From positions 620,001 to 684,000 of the forward strand of contig LSRY02000023.1 of NCBI GenBank assembly GCA_001643675.2: a stretch of DNA of 64,000 nucleotides. Direction: 5' to 3'. The DNA is from Monocercomonoides exilis PA203. Taxonomy: Eukaryota > Protista > Preaxostyla. Below the pieces are notes generated by a model. It had not been told where the DNA came from. It saw only the letters and a program-made list of their open reading frames with translations, and did no database searches. Made by a program: the position numbers and the translations under genes. Shown piece after piece: positions 1 through 13,300 of this stretch (position 1 is its first letter; the number at the start of each line of letters is the position of its first letter).

Positions 1-948
1 CTTTTTTTAACTATTTTTCAATGAACAGGTTAGAATCACAATCATTTGGGACAAAATTTTTTGTTTTATGAATTTTGTTCCACACAGTTCTTTCAAAGAT
101 TTTTTTCGATTTTTTATATTTATATATATAATATTGAAAGATAATGTTAGAATTATAATAATACGATTGCAGAAAAAGTTTGGAACAAATCATTGAATTT
201 TTCATAAATGAAAGAATTCTCTCCCATTTCTTTTCTATTTAGTTTTGTGTTGTTGTACTTCTGAAAGATAAATGAAATGGTGTTTAACATTTATATGTCC
301 ATATGTTTTCTTGGAATTACAATGATTAAAATGAAGATAATTTGCAAAAGTGTCACAATAAAATATTCTTTTCTGTTTCTTTCCTCAAATTTCAGCAAGA
401 ATCGTTTTGTGTTTTTATTAACTTGGAAAACAATTTTTTTTCAAAAATATATTTTGCTTTTCATTAAAGAATTATTAATGAAGTTCCAATCTCATTGTAA
501 AAATTAAGATAAAAAAGGTGGGAACAAATTACGTTAAGGTTAAAAAATTCCAAAATATTTTCTAAAAAAAAAAAAAAGAAAAAGAAAAAGAAAGAAAGAA
601 AATACCAGTTTTGACTGGAAGCTTCTGCATTAATAAGATAAAGCTTATGAAAACAAAGAATCAAGAAAAAAAAAACAAGACTAATTGCAACAGGAAAACA
701 AAAGAAGAGAACAGTATTCAAATAATAACGATATTTCCTCACGTTCCAGAAAACAACATAAACAGTTCCATCGACGCAAAGCTCCTCTAAAAAAATAAAA
801 ACATAATAATATTCAATTTAATAAAAAATAATTATTATAATAATATTCTCGATCAATGCATCAAACGCAAAACTTCTTAAACGCAAATTCACTTAAAATT
901 ACATAAATTTGGGTATGAATTCGAGCTTTCGTGTTTTTTGTTATGCAT

Positions 949-3036
949 TTATTGAACAGATTCTATTTGTTGACTTGTACTGTTTATTAAAGGCAACGGA
1001 TTAACCCCCGAAGTTTCTGGAGTTTGAATAGACGTTGGTTGAGCATAACCACTTTGGTTAATTGGCATCTGGCCAAGTGATGAAATAGGCTGACCTAACT
1101 GCGGACTTTGCTGAGGAAACTGTTGGGTAGGATAGCCAGTCTGAGCGATATAATTCTGTGCTTGCGCAGGCATATATTGAGGAACGCCAGCAGTGGCAGT
1201 AGCAGCAGCATTTGTTTGTTGAGCGGTGTATGCGTATGTCATGTACATACCCTGGGTTGTCTGCTGGGCAGCATATGGATACTGAGGCGCTTGATAAGGA
1301 TTATTAGGGTCATAAATAGGATATCCCTGAACCATCTGCTGCTGCTGCTGAAGAGGTTGCTGAAGAGGTTGCTGAAGAGGTTGTGTCTGTAAAGGCGCTT
1401 GCAGCTGTATGGGAGCAGTTGTTGACAGATTGTTATATCCAATTTGATTTCTTTTTGGCTCATAAACAGATGTTGGCTTTGTCTTTTTCTTCTTTCGCAC
1501 GCAGCAGCAAACAACGACTATAATCACTATAATCACCACTGTCACAATTGGTACAACAATGGCAATAATCGTGGCTGTAGTTTTTGCTCTCTTCGGAGAG
1601 CTTCCATCCAGCCAATGGTAATATCCGTCTCCTTCGACAAAAATTGATGTGGCGCTGTTGTCTGAATAGCACGTATCGAATGAATCTTTGGTCACAATAC
1701 TTTTCCATGCAGATGTAACCAAAATATCGTCTCCTTGTGTTGATGCCTTATTTTTCTTAAAATTGCAATCCTGAACTGAAACCTTAGTATGGGTTTTGCT
1801 GATGCTATTCTGATTTGAACCGAAGCAAATCGCTCCTCCATAATAAACGCATTTCCCGCTTGTGAAATTTGACAGCTTAATGGTCAAGGAGCTGGTACAC
1901 TGTGCAATAAAGATGTGTCCTCCTGATTTTGAAACGTTGTTATTCGTAAATATGCAACCTTGGATTGTAGTGCCGCCAACTATGTATATAATTGCAAGCC
2001 CTCCTCCATTGTTTGAGTATCCTTTGTTAAATGTGCAAGAAGTGACTGTGGCATATCCTGAAATAGCAAGTCCTCCTCCGGCTTCAGTTGATGAGCAGTT
2101 TTCGAAGGTGCAATTATTGATGTCACTGCTAATGTCTGAGTAATGACCAAAATCTCCAACGCAAACTCCACCCCCATATGTAACATTACCATCGCAATAG
2201 CATGAATCAAAGCTGCATCTTAACAATTTGAGTGAACCTGGTCCCCACATGGCAATTCCACCACCACTTTCATTTCCATGGCAAGTGAGAAATGTATCGT
2301 CGGATACTGACGCTGAGTGGAAATAAATAATTCGATTTTTATATGTACCTTTGCACTGCTTAAATGTGCTGTTTCGAACAAATAATGAATCTAAAGTTGA
2401 TGCGGAAAAGAAATGATTGTACAACTGATTATCACATGATTCAAAATATGATCCATCAACAACGCATTGAGAAATTTTATTAAAATCATCTGAGGGAAAG
2501 TAAGAAGTTTTATCTGTTATATTTGAAAAACAGCACAATGAGATATCTGTGTTTAAGCTGCTGGAACAACCAAAAAGAGGTTCTTTTCCAATTGTTGCAA
2601 ATGAAGAAAAATGGCATGATAAAACATCAAGTTTAGATCCGGATCCTTCAAATGACAAGAGAGAAGATGTAGAAAAGCTGTTCTGAAGAGATAAAGATGA
2701 ATCAGAGAGCATTATCCTTGAATTTTTCGCAAAAAATATGTGATTAAATGTTGGCTTATCAACAACACAGCAAAACATCATCAATGTACTTTGATCTGAT
2801 AGGCAAAAAATAGTATTATCTTTACATGCATAAAATCTGAGCTCTCTTAAGATTGATGTCGAATTATGCATCGAAAAAAATGAACCAATTTCAGTCAATT
2901 TCGTTTGAATCTTGTTGTTTGTAAGATCCATTTCCTGCATGCTGCAAGGAAAAATAGAAAAGACATTTGATTTATGAACACTTTCCAAAGATTGAGAGAG
3001 TTCCAGCAACAATGAGCCAATAAAAATAGACAGCAT
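949..3036 (-). CDS. Type I membrane protein with right-handed beta-helix (PMP-like) repeats
   Basis: First ATG at 3036 (MLSIFIGSLLLEL, signal-peptide-like). Repeated FxxC/FxxN...GGG[IL]A/GGAI motifs, a hydrophobic TM segment IIAIVVPIVTVVIIVIIVVV followed by CCC and RKKKK, and a Q/P/Y-rich cytoplasmic tail. Confidence 0.85.
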   Translation of the reverse strand: MLSIFIGSLLLELSQSLESVHKSNVFSIFPCSMQEMDLTNNKIQTKLTEIGSFFSMHNSTSILRELRFYACKDNTIFCLSDQSTLMMFCCVVDKPTFNHIFFAKNSRIMLSDSSLSLQNSFSTSSLLSFEGSGSKLDVLSCHFSSFATIGKEPLFGCSSSLNTDISLCCFSNITDKTSYFPSDDFNKISQCVVDGSYFESCDNQLYNHFFSASTLDSLFVRNSTFKQCKGTYKNRIIYFHSASVSDDTFLTCHGNESGGGIAMWGPGSLKLLRCSFDSCYCDGNVTYGGGVCVGDFGHYSDISSDINNCTFENCSSTEAGGGLAISGYATVTSCTFNKGYSNNGGGLAIIYIVGGTTIQGCIFTNNNVSKSGGHIFIAQCTSSLTIKLSNFTSGKCVYYGGAICFGSNQNSISKTHTKVSVQDCNFKKNKASTQGDDILVTSAWKSIVTKDSFDTCYSDNSATSIFVEGDGYYHWLDGSSPKRAKTTATIIAIVVPIVTVVIIVIIVVVCCCVRKKKKTKPTSVYEPKRNQIGYNNLSTTAPIQLQAPLQTQPLQQPLQQPLQQQQQMVQGYPIYDPNNPYQAPQYPYAAQQTTQGMYMTYAYTAQQTNAAATATAGVPQYMPAQAQNYIAQTGYPTQQFPQQSPQLGQPISSLGQMPINQSGYAQPTSIQTPETSGVNPLPLINSTSQQIESVQ

Positions 3037-3739
3037 TCTCAATTTATTATGGAAAAAGATCTTCGAAGATTTTGTTCAAAGGAGAATAATTCTTTAATTT
3101 ATGAAAAAACACTGATTCGTTCTAAATTTTCTTTTCTTTCTAATTATTATTTATTTATCACTTTCATGCTCAAAAAATTTTAATTAATAATGAATAGAAA
3201 AATTATCGAACATAATTGTGCATAACAAAATTCTGAAGACACTTATTTTGAACCAGATAATAAAACAAACTATTATTCAATAAAATATGTGCATATCGAT
3301 GCATTATGTTTATTCTATTATTCAAAAAATTACATTTGTAATTTTTTATTCACCAAAACAAACATTTTCACTGAAATTAATGTTGGAAAAATATAACTAC
3401 AAAAATTATCATCCATAAGTTCTTTTCATATTACAGAAACAGTTACAATGCTGTTTTTTTAAAAATGATTGAGTGTTGAGAATGTATTATTGAAATTTTT
3501 TGCGAACAATAATAAATAAGAAAAACTTCTTTATCACTGAATTCATAAGCGTCATTGTCATCACTTCCTCCAAGATCGTTGTCTGATGATCCTTCTGTTG
3601 TAAGAGTGATATCGCTATTTGTCGCTGTATTTTCATCACCAAAATCTTCAATTTGCTCGTTTTATTTTTCAAATTCATTTACTGGAACAAAATCATGAAT
3701 CATTCAAACACACTCATGAAAATTCAAATGTTTGTTTTT

Positions 3740-4500
3740 TTCCATCATTAAACTGAACAAATAATTATCTATGGATTTTTATCTTGTTCTTGTACGTGGC
3801 AAAAACTTTCTTTGTGGGTAATTCTTTTTGAAAAGTCGCAAATGTTTTATTTTCAAATTAATCAAAAATTTCATATTTTAATAAAATTTCTGGTTCCACT
3901 CATATATCTTATTAAGGATGTTTGAAATAGCATTATCCAGAAATAGATTCCATTTTCGTGAAGTTTGGTGAATGTCAACATAAATTTGTGCAAAATATGA
4001 AATTTTTGATTTATTTGAAAATTAAACATTTGCGACTTTTCAGAAAGAATGACCATTGTTGATATCAAAGACCTTCGATAATATTTGTGCGAGCAGATGT
4101 TGTTTTATTTTAAAACCAATATTTATGGCAAACTGTGGAATGCATTTAACCCAAAGAAAAAAACACTAATAAGCACTATATTTGTTAAATAAAATTATCA
4201 TCCACTTTTTTAAGTGGTTTGCAATAATCGGTATCAAAGTGTCAAACTTTCTGTTTTCAAAACGGACAATAAAACATTTTCCTTGATTACAAACAGTTTT
4301 TCGCACCACAATACGAAGTAGTCACATATGTTGTTAAGCCTTTCTATTTTTTTAATTTTTTTTTATTGCGAAGAACTGCTTCATCAATTTCGACAATGCA
4401 TTCTGATCCTCCTAATGTTAAATCCATTTTTTCACAGTGTTGACAGCAGCTGTTCGAGAAACACATGCCCAATATGAATAGTATCTTTTCTTGCACACGC
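3740..4500 (-). pseudogene. Decayed Merlin/ISXO2 (IS1595/IS1016-like) DDE transposase
   Basis: Manual translation of the minus strand across stops and frameshifts gives LGGSECIVEIDEAVLR (~4366-4416), KCFIVRFENRKFDTLIPII, HSTVCHKYWF*NKTTSARTNIIEGL* and IDNYL. This matches the ISXO2/Merlin motif order (VEIDE...NR..TL..I...H.TVNH...TN.IE..W...YL). Interrupted by the MITE at 3816-4055. Confidence 0.8.
3816..4055. mobile_element. MITE family A1 (~240 bp, ~65-bp TIRs, 4-bp TSD TTGT)
   Basis: The left end gggtaattctttttgaaaagtcgcaaatg... is the inverted copy of ...catttgcgacttttcagaaagaatgacca. TTGT lies on both sides. Related copy at 29594-29831. Confidence 0.85.
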
Positions 4501-4505
4501 TATAT

Positions 4506-4711
4506 GGCTGATCCTTTTTGAAATCATTCTTTCGTTTTAGTTTTGATCAAATTTTCAAACTCAATGGGATTTTAAAAAATTGAGCTTAAACTGAAAATAC
4601 ATATTGGTCATGATGTTGTTATTGCAGAAACAAAATTTTTACAAAAATCCCATTGAGATAAAAATTTTTATCAAAACTCGAACGAAAGTGTGATTTCAAA
4701 AACGATTAGCC
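4506..4711. mobile_element. MITE family A3 (~206 bp, long TIRs, ATAT flanks)
   Basis: ggctgatcctttttgaaatca... and ...tgatttcaaaaacgattagcc form an imperfect inverted repeat of about 70 bp, with ATAT on both sides. Confidence 0.8.
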
Positions 4712-4745
4712 ATATTCATATTTTTAATCACTAAAATAAAAAGTT

Positions 4746-4793
<48 letters not shown>

Positions 4794-4871
4794 TTTATTT
4801 GTTTTCAAAAATAGTTCTTTTAAAAATAAATTTCCTAATATTTGTTCAATGTAGAAATGATCAACTGAATT

Positions 4872-6877
4872 GGGTTATCATTTAACCCCAACCCATTTTT
4901 TTATTCCGACCCAAATTTTTAAAGTGAAAAATTTAGAAAAATTTAAAAAAATACAAAAGAAGAATCAATTCTTCGAATTATCTTTCTTTTTCCTGGTTTT
5001 CTTTGCATCTCTTCGTTTTCCTCTTCGTTTGGGTCATTAAAAACAACATCAGAGCGTTTTCTTTTGATTTTATGTTTGAATTCAACCATTTCATCTTTTT
5101 CGTTTTTTATCACTTGTTTCATTTCTTTTTCATTCTCCTTTTCTTCATTTCTCCCTAAAAATCTTTCCCAATCGTCGAGAAGTTCTTTTTTTGTAATTAA
5201 CTTTCCAAAATAATGGAAACGGTTACTATGGGAAGGAAGAGTGTATTTTGATGATTCAGGTAGTTTGCGAAGAACCGGACCGAACGTGTTATGAAGGACT
5301 CCACTTTGTTTAAAAGCTTTTTTTATGACAGAAGGAGTGAAAGCGGAGTGAATTGCTTGAGGAAGCACGTCGACAAGTGCTTTTCTCGAAGCAGACGATG
5401 AAGAAGACGATGGAGCATTAAATGATGAAGAAAGAGAAGTTTTGAGAGTCGCAAATACTCCTCTATCAAGTGGCTGAGACAAATGAGTACTGTGGGGGAA
5501 GAATGTTACGACATCTATGTTATTTTCTGAGAAAGTTTTCCAAATTGAAGGATCGCCGCGTGAAGGATGAGAGTCGATGAAAAGAAGACATTTCCCTGTT
5601 TCCAGTGACATGCACTTACTTCTTTCAACGATGGAAGGGAGAATAACTGTTTCAGTATATTTCTTGAAGTTATGCTAGTCCATCCAGCCACTTTTGTGAA
5701 GCTAGATATCGAATATAGAAAAAAGAAGAGGCTTCAGTTCGTCTGCAAGTTAATCCTTGGCCAGAGAATGATGCATGGCAATGAATAACCATCAGCAGCC
5801 ACGGAAGCAACAAGTGTTGCATTGTCCATTCTTTGTGCTTCCTTGCAGAACCCAGCGCTTTGTCCAGTTGGATGGATAACTTCGACATTGGCAGAAGAAG
5901 GGATACGCAATGATGACTCATCAACGTTAAATATTAATGAAGGTGTGTAATGATTTTTTTCGTGCAAATCTGTAGTCATGTTATACCAAGGCTTCTTCAC
6001 ACACTTGCAGGAAACAGCCAGCCGATTTATGTCCAAACTTTTTGGTTTGCTCTTCGTCAACTCAGGATGCCGCTCAAAAAACCCGAACGCCGCAGCATTT
6101 GAAACTGTAATATGTGGCTCGTTTTCTTCTTTTGTTTCGTTTAAAACAATTTCCATCTAAAGAAAAAATGTAATTGTTTCAAAAAAAAAACTTGAACAAA
6201 CCAATTCTCTTGTTTTCTTCATTGTTAAACTGCTCCCACAAATAGAATCAATTTTGATCACATCCAGAACTGTTTCTTATTTCTCTTTGCTAGATTGCCT
6301 GCGGTCTCCCTGGTTTTCCAACTTGCCTTTTAGTTCTCAACGCCCGAACGGCGTTTTTGATTCCACAACGGCTGAATTGCTCGGAATTGATGGCGTTCGT
6401 GATTTTGACGACGCCATCATACACGATGTGTGACATTCGTTCAAGTTTATTCTTGTATTTTCTGTATTGAAAAGATAACATAGCATGCTTTAATTTAATC
6501 TGCCCTGCTTTTCTTTTTTCTTCAACAAGTATTTTCATTATTTATTTTTAGGTTTTGATCTTATTCTCAATTTTTTTTTAAAAAATTGAATTTCAAAAAA
6601 AAATTTTTTTATTTTGAATGAACAAAGTGGCTTTACACCCCTTGAAACCAACCAATTTCTCGTGGAAGCTTGATTGAAGGTTTAAAACCCTCCCATCTCT
6701 CTCTCTCTCTCTCTCTCCATGAGAAATAGGCTTCATTTCAAAATGCAATTTAAAAATACAATATTGATTCCTTTAATACAAAAAATCAAGTTATAATTTT
6801 AAAAAGTGGGATATGAAACTTTTGTAATAAAAAAAAAGGTCGGAGTAAAAAAAAAGGTGGGGGTTAAATAATAACCC
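4872..6877 (-). mobile_element. pogo/Fot-like (Tc1/mariner superfamily, DDE_1) DNA transposon with ~40-bp TIRs
   Basis: Left gggttatcatttaaccccaacccattttttttattccgacc versus the reverse complement of the right end, gggttattatttaacccccacctttttttttactccgacc. Encloses the transposase. TA is on the right flank and TT on the left, so the TSD is imperfect. Confidence 0.85.
4943..6538 (-). pseudogene. DDE_1/pogo-like DD35D transposase, frameshifted
   Basis: Motifs GKPGRP, FNVDES (D1), SGWMT, LFIDSHPSR (D2) and PHSTHLSQPLDRGVF (D3), with 35 residues between D2 and D3. Probable intron 6157-6201. A stop at 6290 and frameshifts/stops around 5670-5745. Confidence 0.85.
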
Positions 6878-7330
6878 TATAATTATTATTGAAATTTGCG
6901 TTGTGCATCATTGAAATGAAAATAACCATTCTCCCTCATGTTAAAACTTTTTTCACATAAAAATTATCAACAAGCATCATTTTATTTAACAACATAACAA
7001 AACTTTCAATACGGAAAAAGCAATCAGAATACTTTGTAATTTGCTTTTGAATGAAGCGCATCTCGAATCCTCATGGCCATTCTAAAGTTAAACTCTTTTT
7101 TAACATTATTTATGATTAAATCAGTGAATTGAATGTCTTGTAAAAATGAAATAATAGAATAATAAATCCACTTCATGATGAAATTGGACAAAATTGCTAA
7201 TACCAAATTGTAAGGAAAAAAAAAAAAGGTGAATGCAAAAACAATAAAACTTTTTAAACACTCGCGCTCAAAAAGGAAAAAAAAAAATACCTTCTTCAAA
7301 GGAGAAAAAATATCACATCTGCTCGAAATT

Positions 7331-10300
7331 TTAGGAAGATTTATTCTTTTCTTCGGGTTTCAGAACATCAGAATTCTTCGAATCAACAGAACCTTCTGCC
7401 GATGCTCCAAATTCAGCGCGAAATCTTTTAGGTGGAGAAAGCTCCATCTTATTAGCTTTAATTTTTCTGGCACGCGATTTGGGGCGCCTGGTAGGCACAT
7501 TCTTTGCAACAGTTCCATTTTCATCCCCAATAGCAACATACTTCTTCTCTTCTTTTTCTTTCTTTTCCTTTTTCGCTCCTTTTACTCCCTTTTTCTCCCC
7601 TCTGCTCTTTCTAGCTCCCTTTGCAGCTAGCTTCCTTCTTTCTCTTCTTCTCCTTTCCTCCTCTTCCATCTCCTTCTCTAACATCAAAATATCCTGGAAT
7701 GTGAACTGCATTCCAGTTGTTCTTCTTCTCCCTTCTCCTTTCTCCGTCTCCTGCCTCTGCATCAACGGAGAGAAGAGAGAAAATGGCTCAGGCCTCGGCG
7801 AATGGAGGCAGATGCGGCTGTTGATTTCCCTGAAAGCTTTTGCCATGCAAAGGCGATCAGTATAACTGATGCCAGTGAGCGGCGAGAATCCCCCACTCAT
7901 CAGATTCAGTGGGATTTCTGAGCGTGTGTGGCGAGTGGAGAACAGCGAGCGATTGAGCTGATTCCGATGCATTGGCAGACCAGGCATGGGAGCGCCAAAC
8001 GGATTGACCGAGAAATCTGGATGCTCGTTGCCTTTTGCAGATTTGCCACTGCTTCCGAACATGATCCCATTCATTGGCTCATGAAGGCACTGCTCAGCGT
8101 GTTCTTCTTCTGCTCCCATCTCAGAATTCTTTGCCGATTTCTCTTCGCTTTCTTCTGCTGTCTCTGTCTCTTCGTCGTCTGTGCAGCATGCAGCGGCATT
8201 CGAAGTGGATTTGCCACTTCCAGTGGAACGCTTCGCATTCTGTTCCTCTCTCTTTTTCGCCTTCAAGTCAAACGAACCGAAACGTTCCTTTGCGCTTTTC
8301 TTTCTCATTTTCTTTTCTTCAGCACTCGCATACTCCGCCTCTATCTCCGCTCTCAACGCATCCAATTCTTTATCTCCGAGTCTGCTTGTCCCGTACGAAG
8401 CACGGCACAGCCGCCTGTACTTTTTATAGCTGAGTGGAGGATGGTCAGGGTCTGTCCACTCCTCCATCATCCGCATCCACTGCGGGGTGCCCCACAGATG
8501 CGTCCGGCAGTTGCTGTAGCAGTGCAGCGATGGCGGCACACGCAGAGGAAGCTGAAACGTCACAGCTCCCATTTTCCCGAGGAGAGGCACGAAGGAGCTG
8601 AGGAGCAGGCTTCCGGGAGGGAAAACTTTGCTGCTGGCATTCAGCTCAATGGTGGAATGGAGATTGGATGGCACAGAAGGATTAGAAAAGGGATTTGCGT
8701 CATGCTGGCGACAACCAAAGATGCTTGGAATGGGAGACATAAAACAGGGATTAGAAGAGCTTGGAGCATGTGCTTGAGGGAGAAACGATTGAGCAGCAGA
8801 CAAAGATGATGATGATGATGATGATGAAGAGGAGGATGAAGAAGCAGACACCGAAGCAGATGCAGAGGCAGATGCAGAAGTTGCATCTGACATTGGCAAC
8901 GATGCTTTGCCTTCATTCCAATTAGTAGCGTCACGGCACTCACATCCATTGCAGCGATTCTTCTTCATCTTTCCCTCTGCTTCGCAGCAATCAATGCAGC
9001 CACACCCGTTTTTCCAGTCTCTTCTGACAAACTTCATTCTCTTGATCGGATAGAACTGCGAGCGGATGACAACCCCGCTCCCTCTCCAATGAATCTCCCA
9101 CCACGCCAAGTTGCGCTCTATTGGGTTGACATACACCTGCTCTGTGGCTTCGTTCCTTGTGCTGCTTCTTCTCCCCTCAGACAGCGAACGCGCTTTCCTC
9201 TTCCCTTCCATCTCCTCCTGCACCCTCCGCGTCCTCTCCTTCGTCGATGCCCGCAGGTTCCTCGTTATTGGCTGGTCTAAACTCTCCGTCCGCAGCCGCT
9301 TCGGGACAAACGAGAACACAGAGACTGTCTTCCTGCTCTTCCTCTCCTGAAACACAGTGTGCTCTTTTCTCCCTCTCAGCCTCTCCTTCTCACGGGACGC
9401 TCTTTCATCTGGTCTGATCACACGCGAAAAGCGAAGTGCGGGTGCTGGCAGCTGAACAGGTGCTTCTGCCTCGTCAATGTCGCAGCAGCAGCAGCAGCTG
9501 CACAAAAGAGAAGAAGACAGTTTTGCTTCAAGATTGCGCGCATCTTTCAGCAGCTCCTTCAAAAAGGTTAGCTTTTCGCTATATTGTGTGGAGATATCTT
9601 CCTTCCACTCGTCGGTCTCAAACGGATCAAATCCATTTTCCCAGTGCAGTTTGGCTGATTCCGTGCTTTTCTTCTCGCTTTTCCTCTGATTCTTCTTCTT
9701 CTTCTTCTTCTTCTTCTTCTTCGCCATCATCGTCGCTGTCGTTGCAGTTGCTTCACTTGTTGTTTTGAAGGCAGATTTTGATGCATCCATTGGCAAATCA
9801 GCAGAACTCTGCAAAGAAGACAACGCTTCCTTCGAAATGGCTCCGCTTTCTCCTAATTGTGAGCTGAAGATGTCACTTTCCTCAGATTTATACTCGCTGT
9901 ACGTGAAGCTACTCTGCACTTTGCTCACTTTTTGCTTTTTGTGCTTGATTTTATAGTTCTGATGGTTGTTGTTACTGCTGCTACTGGCATTGATTTCATT
10001 GCTTCCATCAAAAGGAGCATCTTCAGCAATCTTACCATCAGCTGCAACGCCCTCATTTTCGCTCTTCTCCTTTTCTGAAGCAAAGCTTTCAGCGCTCACA
10101 AGACTTTCCTTCAAACTGCTCGTTTCATTCTGCCCATTCCTGCTTTTTGCTCGCTTCTCATACAACTCCTTCTTTGTTTCCATTCGCAACCTCTTCCCAA
10201 CTCTGAAATCTGGATCGCTTTTGCGCGAGCTGCCGGAATCTTCGCTTTCACTTTCTGCTTCGCTTTCTCCTTCTCCTTCTTCTTCTTCTTCTCCTTCTCT

Positions 10301-13300
10301 TTCATTCACTCCTTCGCCTTCATATTCGTATTCAAATTCAAATTCGTCTTCATTCTCACTATCAAGATCACAAATAGATCTGATATCTTCATTTCCAGCG
10401 TGTTTGTCAGATTTTCGCTTCGGTCTTCTGCCATTTGCGTTGCCCAACCCTTCTTCTTCCTCTTCCTCCTCCTCATCTTCTTCCTCTTCTTCTTCTTCTC
10501 CTTCTTTTCCTCCTTTTCTTCCTCTTTTCTCTCCATCTTTCTGCTTTTTTGACAAAGAATTCTGATGAAAGCGTTTTTTTCGTATCAGTTTTTGAACATA
10601 CTCTAAATCTTCCCTACGCAAACCCTCCGAAATAGAACCATCGCTTTCTTCTTCTTCTTGCTTTTCTTCTTCCTCCTCCTGAATCTTCGTTTCAATGCTT
10701 TGTTCCTCCTCTTCATTCTCTTCCTCGTTTTCTTCTTCTTCCTCTTCCTCCTCACCTTCCTCTTCCTCATCCTCCTCCTCAACTTCTTCCTCCTCTTCAT
10801 TTGCTTCCATTTCTTCTCCTTCCTCTTCCATCTCCTCCTTTTCCTCCTCCTCCTCCTCCTCGTCCTTCATCACTATTTGCATTGAATTCATTTCACCCTC
10901 CTTCATTTCCTCTTTCATTATATCCTTTTCACCTGCCTCATTATCCTCCTTCTCCTTCTCCTTCTCATTCGCCTTTAGCTTTTCTTCTTTCTTCGCCTCA
11001 ACTTCACTCTCTTTCTTCTTTCTTCCTCTCTTCATTGTTGCCTTCGGAGAAACCTTCGGAGAAACCTTCTGTTTCCTTCCTTTCCTCTTCGCAGTGACAT
11101 GAAGCGAGGGGTCTTCAATGATCTCGTCATATGATTGAGGTCTTCTGTGTCTTGTCCGCAATTCCATCATCAGCTCATTCGGCAGCCCTTCAAAAACAGC
11201 ACTTTGCTCTTCTTTCCCCTTTTCTGCTGTGTCGATGCTCATTTTGCCTTCTTCAGACTTTTCAGATTTATTTGCTTCATTTTCTGTTTTCTCCTTTTGC
11301 TCTTTGCTTTCCTCTTGTTCGGTTACATTCATGTCAATCGTGCTTTCGGTATCTGCCTCTTCTTCCCCTTCTCTTTCTCCTTTTCCTTTTCCTTTTCCTT
11401 TTCCACTCAGCTTCTTTTCTTTTTTCTTATCGCTCGTCTCATTGCTTCTCCTTTCGGTTTCCGTTAACGATTTTCCCTTTCCTCCTCTTCCTCTTCCTCT
11501 CCCACCTCTTCCTCTTCCTCCTCTTCCTCTTCCACCTCTTCCGCTTTTTCCTCCTCTCCCTCCTCTTCCGCTCGTCTTCCCTTTGTTTTCTTTGCTCTCT
11601 TTGTTCCCTTCTTTCTCTTCTGTCACAGCTGACTCTGTTTCTGTCTCTGTATCTGAAGCAGCTGCTGCTGAAACGGCCGCAACAGCAGCAGCGACAGCTG
11701 CTTTGATTTCATCATCATTTGAAACTCCTGCCATTCCTGTTGTTTTATCGACATCTTCTCCTTCTCCTTCTCTTTCCCTTTCTCCTTCCAACTTCAATCT
11801 CTCCGCTCCTTCCTTTGTGCACACCCCACCAATATCGTGCCTTGCCATCTCGTCTTTCTCCTCAGTCTCCCTCTGCACCCTCTTCATCGTTCCCCAATAC
11901 AGCCTCTTCTTCTTGCTCTGCTGCAGCAGATGCTCAAACGCTGCCCTTGTCCGCTTGTCGTGAAACACCCGCCCTGTGCACTGTTCTGTGTCGCGTGTCC
12001 ACCTCTTCCGCCCTTTCTTCTTCCTCCGCTTCTTCGCGCCTTTCTTCCGGACGCACTTCTGAATGCTGCTGATGATGCTCCCGAAACTGCGCGCGCTGCT
12101 GCTTCTGCTGCTAACACTGGCACTGCCATTGTTATTATTGCTATTTTTTGTCTTCTCTTTATTGCCTTCTTTCTTCTCAATTCCAGAAGATTCAGAGTTT
12201 GCTTCTGAGTCTATCTCACTTTTGTCTTCTTTCTCTGTCTCACTCACTGTTTCTGTTTCTGTCTCTGTGTCTGACCCTCCCTCTGAGGCAATTTGCTTCT
12301 TTTGGGCACAATTCTTCATCTTCACTTTCTCATTCCATCCATCTTCTCCACTTTCTTCTTCCCCTTCCCCTTTCACTTCCCCATCTTCCCCTTCTTCTCC
12401 CTCCTCCCCCTCTCCTCCTTCCTTCTTCGCTGCCTTCCCTTCACTAACCTTCAGGCTCCTCAGCTCAGCAGTCACCTCCCTCAGAATCTGCTTGTCCGCC
12501 TCCAGTTTGCTGGTAAGGTGGGGTCCTTTCATCAGCCGCTCTAACAGCTGTTTGTTCCTCGCCAGCGCATCCAGCTCAGCCTGCCCGTCAAAAAACAGCT
12601 TTTCTCTGGTGCTGTCAGCAGCACTGAGCGAATCCAAGGAAGACATCGACTCGTTCCCTTCTTCTTTTCTGTCGAATTTACTTGGAAATGCTCTGTTTCT
12701 ACTGAACATGGAACTTTTGACAATTTCACTTGAATTTTTACAAGAACCGTCCTTTGCAGCGTTCTGAAGCAATTCTTGTGCTTTTCTCTCTCTTTCCCTG
12801 GCAGCTCTCACTCTCCTCAGCTCTTCCCCAACGACCAAAAACAGCTTTCTAGCGAACCACTGCCTGTTTCTGCGGTAGATCTGCTTGTCGCTCTCGTAGT
12901 TCGAACACATCAGTGTCATCATCACCACTCGCCGGGCGAAGTGCGGGAAGCAGCGGATGACATTCTCGATCGTCATGAAGTGCGGATCGGCACAGAGTTC
13001 GAATCTGAGCAGGAGAAAATTATTTGGTGAGAAAAAAAAATTATAATAAATATTTTGAAAAAAAAATTTTTTAATAATAATTATAAAAATTATAAGGAAA
13101 ATAAAAATTAAATGCAAAAAATTATATAAAACACGATAAAAGCATTTATTAATAGTACAAAAAAAGACATGTACTCAATCATACTGCTCGTAGTCATTTT
13201 CAAGCAGCAGGGCTTCATAAGCAAAGCGTTCGTGAACACCAGCAAACGGCATGGTTGATCCCTCAGCCACAAAAGTCGTATCTTTGCCGTCTGACTCTAC

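Noticed and set aside
4748-4790. Poly-T tract as a retroelement tail
   Set aside because: No adjacent RT/SINE body or TSD found.
7479-13030. Many + strand ORFs overlapping the large minus-strand gene
   Set aside because: Antisense shadows of low-complexity, stop-poor coding sequence; the same applies to nested ORFs in the other long genes.
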